Below are positions 52,890 to 62,667 of a DNA stretch of 64,000 nucleotides, piece by piece. The DNA is from a virus (lineage: Duplodnaviria; Caudoviricetes), in the IMG/VR virus record IMGVR_UViG_3300005518_000004, positions 1,869 to 65,868 of that record, one strand, 5' to 3'. The notes beneath the pieces are model-generated. The model saw only the letters and a program-made list of their open reading frames with translations, did not search any database and was not told the DNA's origin. The position numbers and the translations under genes were made by a program. The stretch's first letter is position 1; every line of letters starts with the position of its first letter.

Positions 52890-54675
52890 TCTAGTACCCA
52901 TACTTCTACTTCTCCTACCCGCTCCAGCGCTCGCCGTGAACATGCGCCTAACCGGCTGGTGCCAGCAAGGGGGGCAAGTCGTCACCATCTCCCCCAAATC
53001 CTCTACCACCAAGTTCCAGCGCTCCTACCCCGGCTGCACCGTGACCGTGTATGCCGTGGGCACCCTGACGCTGGCTACTATCTATTCAGATTCGTCGGCC
53101 ACCCCATTAGCCAATCCGTTTACGGCTAATTCGGTCACCGGCATGTGGTTCTTCTACGCCGCCGATGGCCGCTACGACATTCAGCTATCCGGCTCCAACA
53201 TCTCCCCCCCATTCACCATCGGCGACGTTACCTTTCTGACCACGGGAGGAGGTGGTGGGGGAGGCGGCGGTACACCGGGAGGGGCCAACCTTCAGATCCA
53301 ATACAACGCTAGTGGCACATTCGGCGGCTTCACAGTCACCGGCGACGCCACTCTCAGCACGGCCACAGGCGTCCTCACCCTCTCCACGGTCAACTCGAAC
53401 GTGGGCGTCTGCGGCTCTACCACTAGCTTCCCCATCATCACCCTCGACGCCAAGGGCCGCGCCACCGCCTGTACTACCCAGACCGTAGCTGGATCGAGCG
53501 GTACCCCCGGCGGCAGTAGCGGCCAAGTGCAGTACAACAACTCCGGCGCATTCGGGGGCTTTACGGTGAGCGGCGACGGCAGTTTAAATACAACCACCGG
53601 CGTCCTCACGGTGACGGCGACCGGGGGATCGGCGTTCGCGGCATCGGCTACCACGAATGCGCTGGTAGCGTCCAACATTTCCTCGGGCACTCTCCCCACA
53701 GGCCGCCTCCCGGCGTTCTTAGGAGATGCTACATCAGCCGCTGGTACCGCTACCCTAACCCTAGCCACCGTCAACTCCAACACCGGCCCCTGCGGCGACT
53801 CCACCCACATCCCCCAAGTCACCCTCAACGCCAAAGGCCTGACCACGGCCTGCACCCCCGTCTCCATCTCGGCGGGCGGCGCCCCCGCGTGGTCGGCCCT
53901 AACCAACCCCACCGGCTCCCTCTCCCTTACTATGGCCGCCTTCCAATCCATCTGGACCTACAACGCCGCTACCGGCAGTTCGGCCATGCAGCTGGTTACG
54001 GATACCGTGAACAATACCGGCACCGGCCAGCTGTGGCGCTCCTCCTCCGCTGCCGGATCTCAAGCGGTGCCGTGGCAGGCAGACGCAAACGGGGTGGGCT
54101 GGCGTGTCACTAACACCGGCAACTTCGAGAGCGTGGGGATGAGCGGGGTGCCGTGGACGATTACCGGGCTTGTGGGTACAACGCCGACTACCCCAGCGGC
54201 CTCCAACCTGACGCTATTTTTCGACACTACGAAGAAGCGCATCAGCTCAGTAGACGATGCCGGCGTAGTTACTAAGTACACGGGCGTGCTCCCCGGGGCT
54301 GTATCGGCTACAGCGCAGGTAGCAGCTATTACGACTTCTACCCTATGTGCGACGGCCAACTGCATCGCGGGCCAGTATCGGATCACTGCCTACATCGCCT
54401 CCACGGTGACGTGTGCTACTCCTGGCCCCGGCATCACCGGCATCACTATAGGATGGACCGACGACGTAGCGGCCAAGACCCAGAAGCTGCCCCTAGTAGG
54501 AGCCGGAGTTACTGGCAGCGACATAGCAATAGGGGATCTTACCAGTTTTGGCCAGTCCACGATCAACTTCTGGTCGAGTGGGGCAGTCGTGATCACCTAC
54601 GCGACCAACTACACGGCTTGTACTACAGGCACCGGCACTTACTCTCTACGTATAACTACAGAGAGAATTCAGTAG
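52873..54675 (+). CDS. tail fibre with N-terminal signal peptide
   Basis: LVPILLLLLPAPALA; TVY..GT.TLATIYSD...NPFTA...FYAADGRYDI; PGG...QYN.SG.FGG and TL.AKG repeats. Confidence 0.75.
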   Translation: MLSLRNLVPILLLLLPAPALAVNMRLTGWCQQGGQVVTISPKSSTTKFQRSYPGCTVTVYAVGTLTLATIYSDSSATPLANPFTANSVTGMWFFYAADGRYDIQLSGSNISPPFTIGDVTFLTTGGGGGGGGGTPGGANLQIQYNASGTFGGFTVTGDATLSTATGVLTLSTVNSNVGVCGSTTSFPIITLDAKGRATACTTQTVAGSSGTPGGSSGQVQYNNSGAFGGFTVSGDGSLNTTTGVLTVTATGGSAFAASATTNALVASNISSGTLPTGRLPAFLGDATSAAGTATLTLATVNSNTGPCGDSTHIPQVTLNAKGLTTACTPVSISAGGAPAWSALTNPTGSLSLTMAAFQSIWTYNAATGSSAMQLVTDTVNNTGTGQLWRSSSAAGSQAVPWQADANGVGWRVTNTGNFESVGMSGVPWTITGLVGTTPTTPAASNLTLFFDTTKKRISSVDDAGVVTKYTGVLPGAVSATAQVAAITTSTLCATANCIAGQYRITAYIASTVTCATPGPGITGITIGWTDDVAAKTQKLPLVGAGVTGSDIAIGDLTSFGQSTINFWSSGAVVITYATNYTACTTGTGTYSLRITTERIQ

Positions 54676-54685
54676 GAGGATTATC

Positions 54686-55159
54686 TTGAGCACGCTTAAG
54701 ACATTGTATGGTACTGCCAACCAGCCTATCACCTGTACCATCACCAGCCTTGCCGACCAGAGCTACCGTCAGTCCACAGCAGTCGACAACTCTACTAACC
54801 TCTATCTGGATGTGCTGGTCACGGTCAAAGGTAAATCCAATGCGGCTGGCGTCTCATCTACCGGCAAGCTGGAGATTTTCGCCTACGCCTCCACCGACGG
54901 TAGCTCCTACGATGGCAGCTGCACCGGTACTGACGGCAGCTACACCCCCCCATCTACTCCTACCAACCTATCCTACTTAGGTGTCCTCAACCTCACTGGT
55001 AATGCGGTTACCGACCAGCGCACCTTCTCGCTAGCCCAAGCCTATGGCGGCTCTATCCCAACCAAGTGGGGCATCGTGGTCTACAATGCTACTGCCGCCT
55101 CGCTTGATGCCGCAGTAGGGTCGGCATGGTATCAAGGGATTCAGGCACAGACGGTGTAG
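54686..55159 (+). CDS. virion protein
   Basis: SD AGGAGG; SLA...DNS.NLY.D...P.KWGIVV.N. Confidence 0.7.
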   Translation: MSTLKTLYGTANQPITCTITSLADQSYRQSTAVDNSTNLYLDVLVTVKGKSNAAGVSSTGKLEIFAYASTDGSSYDGSCTGTDGSYTPPSTPTNLSYLGVLNLTGNAVTDQRTFSLAQAYGGSIPTKWGIVVYNATAASLDAAVGSAWYQGIQAQTV

Positions 55160-55162
55160 TGG

Positions 55163-56563
55163 ATGCATTCGAGCATCTTCAGGCAGGGGACGGGGAAGCC
55201 AGCACAAGGGCTTCAGCTAAGAGGGTCGAACCACCTCACCAATGGTCTTGTTGCCTTTGCTCCCTTCTCGATCGACGCGGCTACGTTTGGTGCCGCAGGC
55301 TCTATCACCAACCTCAAGACGCTCGACATCGGACCCAACCTGTTCCGCGTCCAGTGGCAGAACTACTCCTCGATCACTAGCGTCTACGAGCCCTGTCCGT
55401 GGGGGACCGCTGTCCGGTTTGGTCGCTCAACCGCCCAGGCTGACCAGAACTTTTGGCTACACTATACTGCTGACCAGGTGCTGCTGGACAAGATGCCGCT
55501 CGGCACCAGCCCACGCACCATCTCTGCCCTGATCCGTGCCGACCCTGCCTTCGACATCTACCCGCAGCAGATCGTCAACTATGGCCGCTACATCTTCGCT
55601 CCCGCCAACGGCCAGTACTTCGCCTTTCTCTATTACAACAACAGCGTAGCCTTGTTCACCAATCCCTATCAGCTGAACGCCCTTTACCCGTCAGATGGTG
55701 GATGGCATATGGTGTCGGTAGTATTTCCTAATAGTTCCACGCTCAACATCCAGGCCCTGATCTATGTGGATGGGCTGGTAGCTACCTCACTGGGAAATAC
55801 CGGCTCGCAGACCATCGATACCCAGATGACCGTCAACCGGCAGGAGTGGGCGTTTGCCATAGGTCAGGACAACTACGAATACGCGGCGAATGGCACTCAG
55901 GTGTTTCACGGCGCGATGGCTGGGGTGTGGGTATGGAACCGGGCACTAACTCCCAATCAGCAGATATCCCATGCGCTTGATCCGTTTCAGATGATCGCCC
56001 GCCCCCGCAGCTACGTCACCTTCATCGAAGTCCTAGCCCCCCCACCCCCCAACCCCCCTCCTACCTGCTCCATCTTCTCTAGCCCCGGCACCATCCACCC
56101 CGGCGATACCTCAACTCTCACTTGGACTACAGCCAACACTCCCGATACCGCTACCATCGACAACGGCATAGGATCGGTCAACCCGCTAGGCGGCAGCGTG
56201 GACGTGACCCCGACTACGACTACCACTTATGTACTGACAGTGGAAAATGTGGACGGCACCTCCACCTGCGAGGCCACCGTGATCGTGCAGGAGATACCGG
56301 GAGAGCTGGAGGGGCAGTGTAATAATCCTCCGTCAGGCAGAGTAGGAGTCGATTACATCCACACATTCATCGCCACCGGCGGCGTCCCTGCCTACACCTA
56401 CACCATCATTGCCGGCATCCTGCCTATCGGCCTCATTCTAGCGTCTAATGGCGTGGTCAGCGGCATCCCATTACTGCGTGGCATGTACTTCTTCACGGTG
56501 CAGGCGACGGACTCCAACGGCTTAATCTCTACTTTTAGCTGCAATATTCCGATAGCATGTTGA
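55163..56563 (+). CDS. LamG-like plus Ig-like domain virion protein
   Basis: DGGWH.V, IYVDG, F.G......WNRALT; STLTW, P.TTTTY.LT; A.GG.P.YT...LP.GL.L...G.ISG-type putative Ig repeat. Confidence 0.8.
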   Translation: MHSSIFRQGTGKPAQGLQLRGSNHLTNGLVAFAPFSIDAATFGAAGSITNLKTLDIGPNLFRVQWQNYSSITSVYEPCPWGTAVRFGRSTAQADQNFWLHYTADQVLLDKMPLGTSPRTISALIRADPAFDIYPQQIVNYGRYIFAPANGQYFAFLYYNNSVALFTNPYQLNALYPSDGGWHMVSVVFPNSSTLNIQALIYVDGLVATSLGNTGSQTIDTQMTVNRQEWAFAIGQDNYEYAANGTQVFHGAMAGVWVWNRALTPNQQISHALDPFQMIARPRSYVTFIEVLAPPPPNPPPTCSIFSSPGTIHPGDTSTLTWTTANTPDTATIDNGIGSVNPLGGSVDVTPTTTTTYVLTVENVDGTSTCEATVIVQEIPGELEGQCNNPPSGRVGVDYIHTFIATGGVPAYTYTIIAGILPIGLILASNGVVSGIPLLRGMYFFTVQATDSNGLISTFSCNIPIAC

Positions 56564-56564
56564 T

Positions 56565-59500
56565 ATGCCGATCCCCGACCGCACCCCTTTCAAGCTGACG
56601 TTGCGCGGCATCAACTTGGTGGACCTGGTGGACCAGCTCCCTCCTGGCGACTACCCCTACTGCAACAACATCCGCTCCCTCTCCCAGGACGGCGTCGAAT
56701 CCCGCCCCGGCCAGGACCCCGTATTCCCTGCTGCGATGCCCGATCTCGCTGTCCACTCTATCCGGTCGCTCACCGACATCACCTCCCCAGCTCCTTTGTA
56801 CGAGCTGCTAATCGGCGCAGGCACCAACCTCTACGGCCAGCTAGGCGCCGCCCAGCCGGTGCTCATCGATAGCGGCTACTCCGGCAACCCCCTATCTCTC
56901 GTCCCCTACCGCCCCGACCAGTCCCCCGACCCCCGCATGTATGTGGCGAACGACCTCCGTATGTCGCGCATCAACACCACGACTGGAGTGCGGGATAACG
57001 TCGGCATAGCTCCCCCCAACGTGCCGCCATCAGCCGAAGTCACCTCCAACCTCCACGCCGTCATCAGCTCCGACGTGGCAGCGAGCTGGTCCGCTACCGG
57101 GATAGCGGGCTCCATCACGTCCCAAACCCGCGTCTCCACCAATATTGCCCAGATCCTCTACGATACCGGCACCACGGGATTCGCCACCATATCTCCAGCT
57201 TCTACCGACAACCATTGGCTGCAACCTGGAGCGCGGCTCGTGTTGGCGGGCGGGCCGGATACGTCGACCGTGCTGGAGGTGCATCCCGCTATCAGCTCGA
57301 CTACGATCGACAACATCGTCTATGATTCGGGGGCTACGGGCGACTGCACCATGGTGTTGGTAGGCCTCTCCAAGGGCATCGCGCGCAATTCACTTATCGT
57401 AATCGCCGGGGAGGTGATACGTGTTCTTTCGGTTACTCCCTCCCCCGACGGCTCCTACTCCCTACGTTGCTCTACTGTCGGCTCCTATGCGGCAGGCAAT
57501 GCTGTCACGGGTTTGGTCTCATTCAGGATGGTGACCAGTGTTAATTATGCGATTGGCACGACTCTTACGGCGCTGGCGGTGCAGTTTATTCTCACTACGG
57601 GGGCCACGTTTGTCGGCGGAATCAAGATGCCCCGCGTCGTCGATTTATCCAGCATTCGTCCCGGTATACCGCTTCAGCTCGACGATTACATTCACATATC
57701 TATCAACGCCAACACCCCCTCCAACATCACCAGTGGTCGTCTGCTCCTCGACGTGGACTCCACTCTCAACGATTTCACCAAGGAATACTACCAGTACGAA
57801 TTCACCTCCACCGCCTTCACCGACGCCGGGTCGAGCCAGTGGGTAGAGCTATTTGTCCGCGTATCGGACTTCACTAAGATCGGTTCCGACTATACGCGTA
57901 CGTTCGCCAACGTGCAGGAGATTGGGGTGGAACTGACGGTGACTGGCAACACCACGGTCCAGATAGCGGCGTGGTGGGCAGGCGGCGGATATGGTCCCGA
58001 CGTCATCCCCGGCTCCCCTGTCGGCCTCATCTATCGTTATCGTTACCGCGACTCCAGGACAGGTGCCAAGTCCGTCCCCGGCGCCGCCACCCGCTACGAG
58101 CTATTCCCCCAGCGCCAGCAAGTGACGGTGCTGGTGTATCCATCTACCGACACTCAGGTGGACTCGATCGACATCGAGCGGCTGGACCCGCTGCTCCAAG
58201 CCCCCGCCCCCGCCACCGCCAGCTTCACCTACGTCGGCACAGTACCCAATGCGCTGACCTTGTTCAACGACAATCTATCCGCCACCGCTATCTCGTCCAA
58301 CCCATCGCTTGAGACGAATGTGTTTCAGCCATTCCCGGTACTCAAGCCGCCGCTGGCTGGCGTCGTGAATGTAGTGGGCACGTGGGTGACCTACGTCTCG
58401 GGTGATCTGTTCCCCGCCAACCTCATCGCCGGCACGGTGATCCTGATCAACGGGGTCGCCTATCAGACGTATGGTCAGCCCCTAGCCTCCAATGTGTTGC
58501 AGCTAGTGCTGTCGGCAGGCACCCAGTTGGGCGTCAGCTACTCCATCGTCAGCCCAGTCATCGCAGGCACTCCGCTGCCAGTTCTATTCGGCCCTCTAGA
58601 AGGCCCTACGGCTTCCTTCCTGTTCGGTACTGGTGACTCAGATAACCCCGGTACTATCTACTACACCAACGGCAACGACCCGGATTCAGCAGCCTCCACC
58701 AACTTTATAGAGATCACCCCTCCATCAGAACCACAGATAGGTGGTGTTGTATGGAATACCTATGTTTTCAGCGGTAGTCGGGAGCGCCTGTTTATGGTGC
58801 AGCCGACGTTCGACCAGCCCAACCTGTTTACGCCGCTCCAGATCCCGGCTGCATCGGGCTTCTGGTCTCCATGGTCGATAGCGGCGGGCAAGGATGGCAT
58901 CTACTACCTAGGCAGGGATGGGATTTATCGGGCGGTCCCCTACTCAGGCTCCATTCCGGTAGCGACGGATCTGTGGCCGCTATTCCCCCACGAAGGCGAC
59001 CCCGGCGTGCAAGCTGGACCCCTGCTGCCGGTCGACATGACCCAGGGCAGCCCCAGCTCCCTCCAACACTCGCTTACTGTGTGCGAGCAGGATGTGTACT
59101 TGGACTACCTGGATACTGGTGGGGCGCGCCGTACCCTACGCTATGCCCCAGACAACATAGGTGCTTCTCAACCACGCCACGGCTGGCTGCCGTCAACCTA
59201 TGCCCACCCGGTGACGCGCCACTACTGGGAGGAAGTCCCCTTTGGCACCACCCCTCGCTTGCTGGAGTGTACGAGCGACGGCTTTGTCATGGCGTCCAGG
59301 GGGGATGCCGATGTAGCCACCAACATCACCTGCTCCCTCCAGCTCCCCATCATCACTGCCGGGGACAGCCGCGCCCAGAAGCTGTATATGGACTGCATTA
59401 CCGACATGGATGGTGTAGCGGATATTACGCTTGGGTTTAATTACAACTCGATTCTATTAGGCGCCGTGGTGACATCGGCATCTCCACGTGGCCAAGGCAT

Positions 59501-59981
59501 CACCATCATCGACAGCGTGCTGCTATCGGGCGCTACAGTGGTGATCAACCTGCCGATCTTCATCAACATCTCCGCCCTATATACGTTTCATCCCGGCACT
59601 ACGCTCTATGAGTTTCAGCCATCCTTCTACCCGCAGCCCTATATCGTGGAGAACGTCGTCACCCAGTTCAAGGACCACGGCATGCCGGGGTGGAAGGTCA
59701 CCCGCTTCGGAAGGTTTGCCTACATCTCGGCCACCCCCTTGACGCTGACGATCGCTACGTCCGATGAGCGCGCCTACGAGTACACGCTACCGGCTCACTT
59801 GGGCCACCTCCACGTCTACGACTTCAACGTGCAGCAGCTACAGAAGGGAGAACTATTTGCATACGACTTGAGATCGGGCGATTGCCAGCCATTTGTGCTA
59901 TTCCCCGATGAGACCTATATCAAGATGAAGCCGTGGACCGGTGACGGCCCATTTAGCGAGGTCAAGCCCTTTATCACATAA
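56565..59981 (+). CDS. tail nozzle / DNA stabilisation protein (P22 gp10-like) with insertions
   Basis: GIN....L.PG....NN; propeller motifs SPWSIA...IYYLG.DGIY. Confidence 0.65.
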   Translation: MPIPDRTPFKLTLRGINLVDLVDQLPPGDYPYCNNIRSLSQDGVESRPGQDPVFPAAMPDLAVHSIRSLTDITSPAPLYELLIGAGTNLYGQLGAAQPVLIDSGYSGNPLSLVPYRPDQSPDPRMYVANDLRMSRINTTTGVRDNVGIAPPNVPPSAEVTSNLHAVISSDVAASWSATGIAGSITSQTRVSTNIAQILYDTGTTGFATISPASTDNHWLQPGARLVLAGGPDTSTVLEVHPAISSTTIDNIVYDSGATGDCTMVLVGLSKGIARNSLIVIAGEVIRVLSVTPSPDGSYSLRCSTVGSYAAGNAVTGLVSFRMVTSVNYAIGTTLTALAVQFILTTGATFVGGIKMPRVVDLSSIRPGIPLQLDDYIHISINANTPSNITSGRLLLDVDSTLNDFTKEYYQYEFTSTAFTDAGSSQWVELFVRVSDFTKIGSDYTRTFANVQEIGVELTVTGNTTVQIAAWWAGGGYGPDVIPGSPVGLIYRYRYRDSRTGAKSVPGAATRYELFPQRQQVTVLVYPSTDTQVDSIDIERLDPLLQAPAPATASFTYVGTVPNALTLFNDNLSATAISSNPSLETNVFQPFPVLKPPLAGVVNVVGTWVTYVSGDLFPANLIAGTVILINGVAYQTYGQPLASNVLQLVLSAGTQLGVSYSIVSPVIAGTPLPVLFGPLEGPTASFLFGTGDSDNPGTIYYTNGNDPDSAASTNFIEITPPSEPQIGGVVWNTYVFSGSRERLFMVQPTFDQPNLFTPLQIPAASGFWSPWSIAAGKDGIYYLGRDGIYRAVPYSGSIPVATDLWPLFPHEGDPGVQAGPLLPVDMTQGSPSSLQHSLTVCEQDVYLDYLDTGGARRTLRYAPDNIGASQPRHGWLPSTYAHPVTRHYWEEVPFGTTPRLLECTSDGFVMASRGDADVATNITCSLQLPIITAGDSRAQKLYMDCITDMDGVADITLGFNYNSILLGAVVTSASPRGQGITIIDSVLLSGATVVINLPIFINISALYTFHPGTTLYEFQPSFYPQPYIVENVVTQFKDHGMPGWKVTRFGRFAYISATPLTLTIATSDERAYEYTLPAHLGHLHVYDFNVQQLQKGELFAYDLRSGDCQPFVLFPDETYIKMKPWTGDGPFSEVKPFIT

Positions 59982-59986
59982 ATAAT

Positions 59987-60367
59987 ATGGCCAAAATACC
60001 AAACATCCCTCTCTTGCGTGCTTATGCTACGGTACGGAGCCAGCCTAACCTAGCAGGCATCCCCGCCAACGCTCAGCGAGAGCTTGAATTCCTGCGTTCT
60101 TACGCGTACAAGTTATTAGGAAAGAGCAATAGCACAGCGGACCAGACCTCCTCCTTCCAGCAATTCGATACTACCTACGATGGCCACCCCATCCTCACCC
60201 TCCCCTCCTCCCCTGTCGAATCCACCGTGCAGGCCTACCGCAACGGCCTGCTGCTGCGGCGTGGGAAGGATCACGACTACCTGATCTCAGGCCGTATCCT
60301 GGAGCTGCGACCGGGAGCGGCGGCGCTCGCTGGCGACTGGATCGAAGTAACCTATGATTCGCTATAA
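59987..60367 (+). CDS. virion protein
   Basis: YRNGLL....DY.ISG..L....GD.I.V.Y. Confidence 0.7.
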   Translation: MAKIPNIPLLRAYATVRSQPNLAGIPANAQRELEFLRSYAYKLLGKSNSTADQTSSFQQFDTTYDGHPILTLPSSPVESTVQAYRNGLLLRRGKDHDYLISGRILELRPGAAALAGDWIEVTYDSL

Positions 60368-61523
60368 CCAGATCGACAACGACGACCGGCAAGGCGACGG
60401 CACCCAGTTTCTCACCTCCGCTGGCCCCTTTACCAGCGGCAACGTGATCACTACTGACGCCTCGGGCAAAGCAGTAGATGGGGGTGCGACTCCTGGTGCT
60501 GGTACCGTCACCCACACAGGCACTCTCACCAGCGGCCAGATCATCAAGGGCAATGGGGCAGCTGACATCACGGTGGGCAACCTAGCTGGCGACGTGACGA
60601 CTAGCGGCTCCATGACCACGACGCTGGCCAATATTCCCAACGACACCCCCATGGCAGGAGACCTATTAGCCACGGCCATCGCTGCCCCCGCTACCCCGGC
60701 TGCGGGTAAGGGCCGGATCTATGTGGACTCGACAGCGAAGAATATCGCGGTGAAGGATGATGCCGGAGTAGTGAAGCATGGGGTGCAGTCGAAAGCTGCG
60801 GTGGCTACTAATTTCCTGACTGCGATCTCAGATGCTGGCTTGGTCACTGCTGCCCAGCCTACGGATGCCGACCTGTCGCTCTCCGCTATTACCACCAACG
60901 ACGTGAGCACGACGAAGCACGGATTCGCCCCCACGCTACCTAACGATGCAACAAAATTTCTAAATGGCGTAGGCGGCTATACTACTCCAGGCGGTAGTTC
61001 CGGCGGTTACGTGCTGCTCGAACAACACACCGCCTCCGCTTCCTCCACTCTTGACTTCACCACATGGTATAGCTCAGCCTATGACGACTACATCATTCGC
61101 TTCGTCAACATCCTAGTAGGCACAAATACCGCAGACCTGCTGATGCGGATGTCAACCGATGGCGGCGCGACCTATGATTCTGGCAATAATTACGGGTGGG
61201 CACTCAACGCATGGATCAGAAGCTCGGCAGGACAGGCGGGGTCGGATACCACCAATGTCATCGAACTGGCCAACTCTATCTCCACCACTGCCAGTTATGT
61301 CACTACCGGCGAAATCAATCTAGTCGCGCCTGCCGACGCCGCTGCTTTCAAAACCGTCTACGGCATGATGTTTGCCCGCAACTCGGCCAATGGCCTACCA
61401 GCAGAAGGCAAGACAGTAGTTGGTGTCTACAAGATCACGACAGCGGTCAACGCCTTTCGCATCCTCCCCTCCACGGGCACCATCACCTCGGGCACGGTGC
61501 GGGTGTATGGGTTGGCGAAGTGA
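60354..61523 (+). CDS. tail fibre protein
   Basis: GDVT, KHGFAP.L, FLNG.G; C-terminal YDDY...STDGG.TYD...ITSG.VRVYG. Confidence 0.75.
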   Translation: MIRYNQIDNDDRQGDGTQFLTSAGPFTSGNVITTDASGKAVDGGATPGAGTVTHTGTLTSGQIIKGNGAADITVGNLAGDVTTSGSMTTTLANIPNDTPMAGDLLATAIAAPATPAAGKGRIYVDSTAKNIAVKDDAGVVKHGVQSKAAVATNFLTAISDAGLVTAAQPTDADLSLSAITTNDVSTTKHGFAPTLPNDATKFLNGVGGYTTPGGSSGGYVLLEQHTASASSTLDFTTWYSSAYDDYIIRFVNILVGTNTADLLMRMSTDGGATYDSGNNYGWALNAWIRSSAGQAGSDTTNVIELANSISTTASYVTTGEINLVAPADAAAFKTVYGMMFARNSANGLPAEGKTVVGVYKITTAVNAFRILPSTGTITSGTVRVYGLAK

Positions 61524-61876
61524 CCTACCGGTTGCTCGACCCTTGTACCGAGTGGCCGCTCATCGAATCCGAATTCACCACCCGTGGCTTCCCCATGCCA
61601 GACCCGACATTCGCCATGATCATGGGGGCATTCGATGGCACCGATACGTTGCAAGGCTTCCTAGTCTGCCAGTTGCAGCTCCACATGGAGCCCATCGTCC
61701 TCTACGCCCCTACTGCTCTACGTGGCCTGCTGCACAACATGGAAGACGCTATCAAATCCAAGGTCGGCCATGCGGTCTACTTCGCCTTCGCCCAGACTGA
61801 ACTGGTCCAAGGGGTGTGTGAGCGGGTGTTGGGGATGGAGAAGGTAGACATGACGCTCTATCGCAAGCAGCTATGA
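61520..61876 (+). CDS. GNAT-like protein preceding the ejection genes
   Basis: GTGA overlap; LQGF...LGMEK; position typical of podoviruses. Confidence 0.55.
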   Translation: MTYRLLDPCTEWPLIESEFTTRGFPMPDPTFAMIMGAFDGTDTLQGFLVCQLQLHMEPIVLYAPTALRGLLHNMEDAIKSKVGHAVYFAFAQTELVQGVCERVLGMEKVDMTLYRKQL

Positions 61877-61911
61877 AGTGCAAGGGGTTTCGCCTATAAT
61901 AGGGCAGACCG

Positions 61912-62667
61912 ATGCCCTTCTTACTACCATTTGCCCCGGCACTGATTGGCGCAGCAGGCGCGATCGGGGGCTCGTTAATCGGTCGTAAGGCCGGAGCTGG
62001 CAGCGCGAACCAGAAGCAAGCCTACAACCTCCTCAACTACAACGCCCAGCTAGCCCCCCGGCAGGCGCAGCAGATGTTTGGCCAAGGTCAGCAGCTGACG
62101 GGGAAGGGGATGAACCTTCTCGACAGGGCTCAGGGCGCAGCAGGTGGGGCTCAGTCCTACTTCCAACAGCTTCTCTCCGGCTCCCCCGCTGCCACCACCT
62201 CTGCTCTTGCCCCGGATATCTCCCGCATCCGCGATACCAGCCAGCAGGCGTTGCAGTCCACCTCGACGCTGGCACCGAGGGGGGGTGGCAGGAGCGGGAC
62301 TCTATTTAATCTGCCGTTCCAGCAACAGGCCCAGACCAGCGGCCTCTACAACATGGTGCGTCCAATGGCAGCGCGCGGGCTACTGGATGTAGGTGGCCTG
62401 TTCGGCAACCTCGGACTGGGAACAGCGGGAGTCGGCCTCGGGGCGGCAGGCGTCGGCACCAACTTGCTGAATGCCGGTAATTACGCGGCGGGGACGATGT
62501 TTGGAGGGGCAAATCAGTTAGCCATGCAGGGAGCACAGGCGGGGGCGGCGGGAGGGCAGGGGATATTTGACATTCTTCGGTCGCTGCCATGGGACAAGAT
62601 ATTCAAGGGTGGAGGTGGCGGTGGCGTTCCTGTAGGTGGCACTGGTGGCTGGATAGGAGAATTTTAG
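61912..62667 (+). CDS. DNA ejection (pilot) protein
   Basis: Gly/Ala/Gln-rich, ALIGAAGAIGGSLIG N-terminus, RGGGRSG. Confidence 0.7.
   Translation: MPFLLPFAPALIGAAGAIGGSLIGRKAGAGSANQKQAYNLLNYNAQLAPRQAQQMFGQGQQLTGKGMNLLDRAQGAAGGAQSYFQQLLSGSPAATTSALAPDISRIRDTSQQALQSTSTLAPRGGGRSGTLFNLPFQQQAQTSGLYNMVRPMAARGLLDVGGLFGNLGLGTAGVGLGAAGVGTNLLNAGNYAAGTMFGGANQLAMQGAQAGAAGGQGIFDILRSLPWDKIFKGGGGGGVPVGGTGGWIGEF

Noticed and set aside
53270-53860. Diversity-generating retroelement or invertible fibre cassette
   Set aside because: The repeats are diverged protein-level fibre repeats; no reverse transcriptase, adenine-specific TR/VR pair or flanking inverted sites are visible.
1185-59447. Assigning the GTT-N7-AAC box to canonical parS or a named LexA box
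   Set aside because: Canonical parS (TGTTTCACGTGAAACA) has different spacing and core, and I cannot match the box to a LexA motif with confidence.
61196-61519. N-terminal extension of the 61196-61876 ORF
   Set aside because: It overlaps the tail fibre with shadow-like composition; GTG 61520 gives a clean GTGA coupling.
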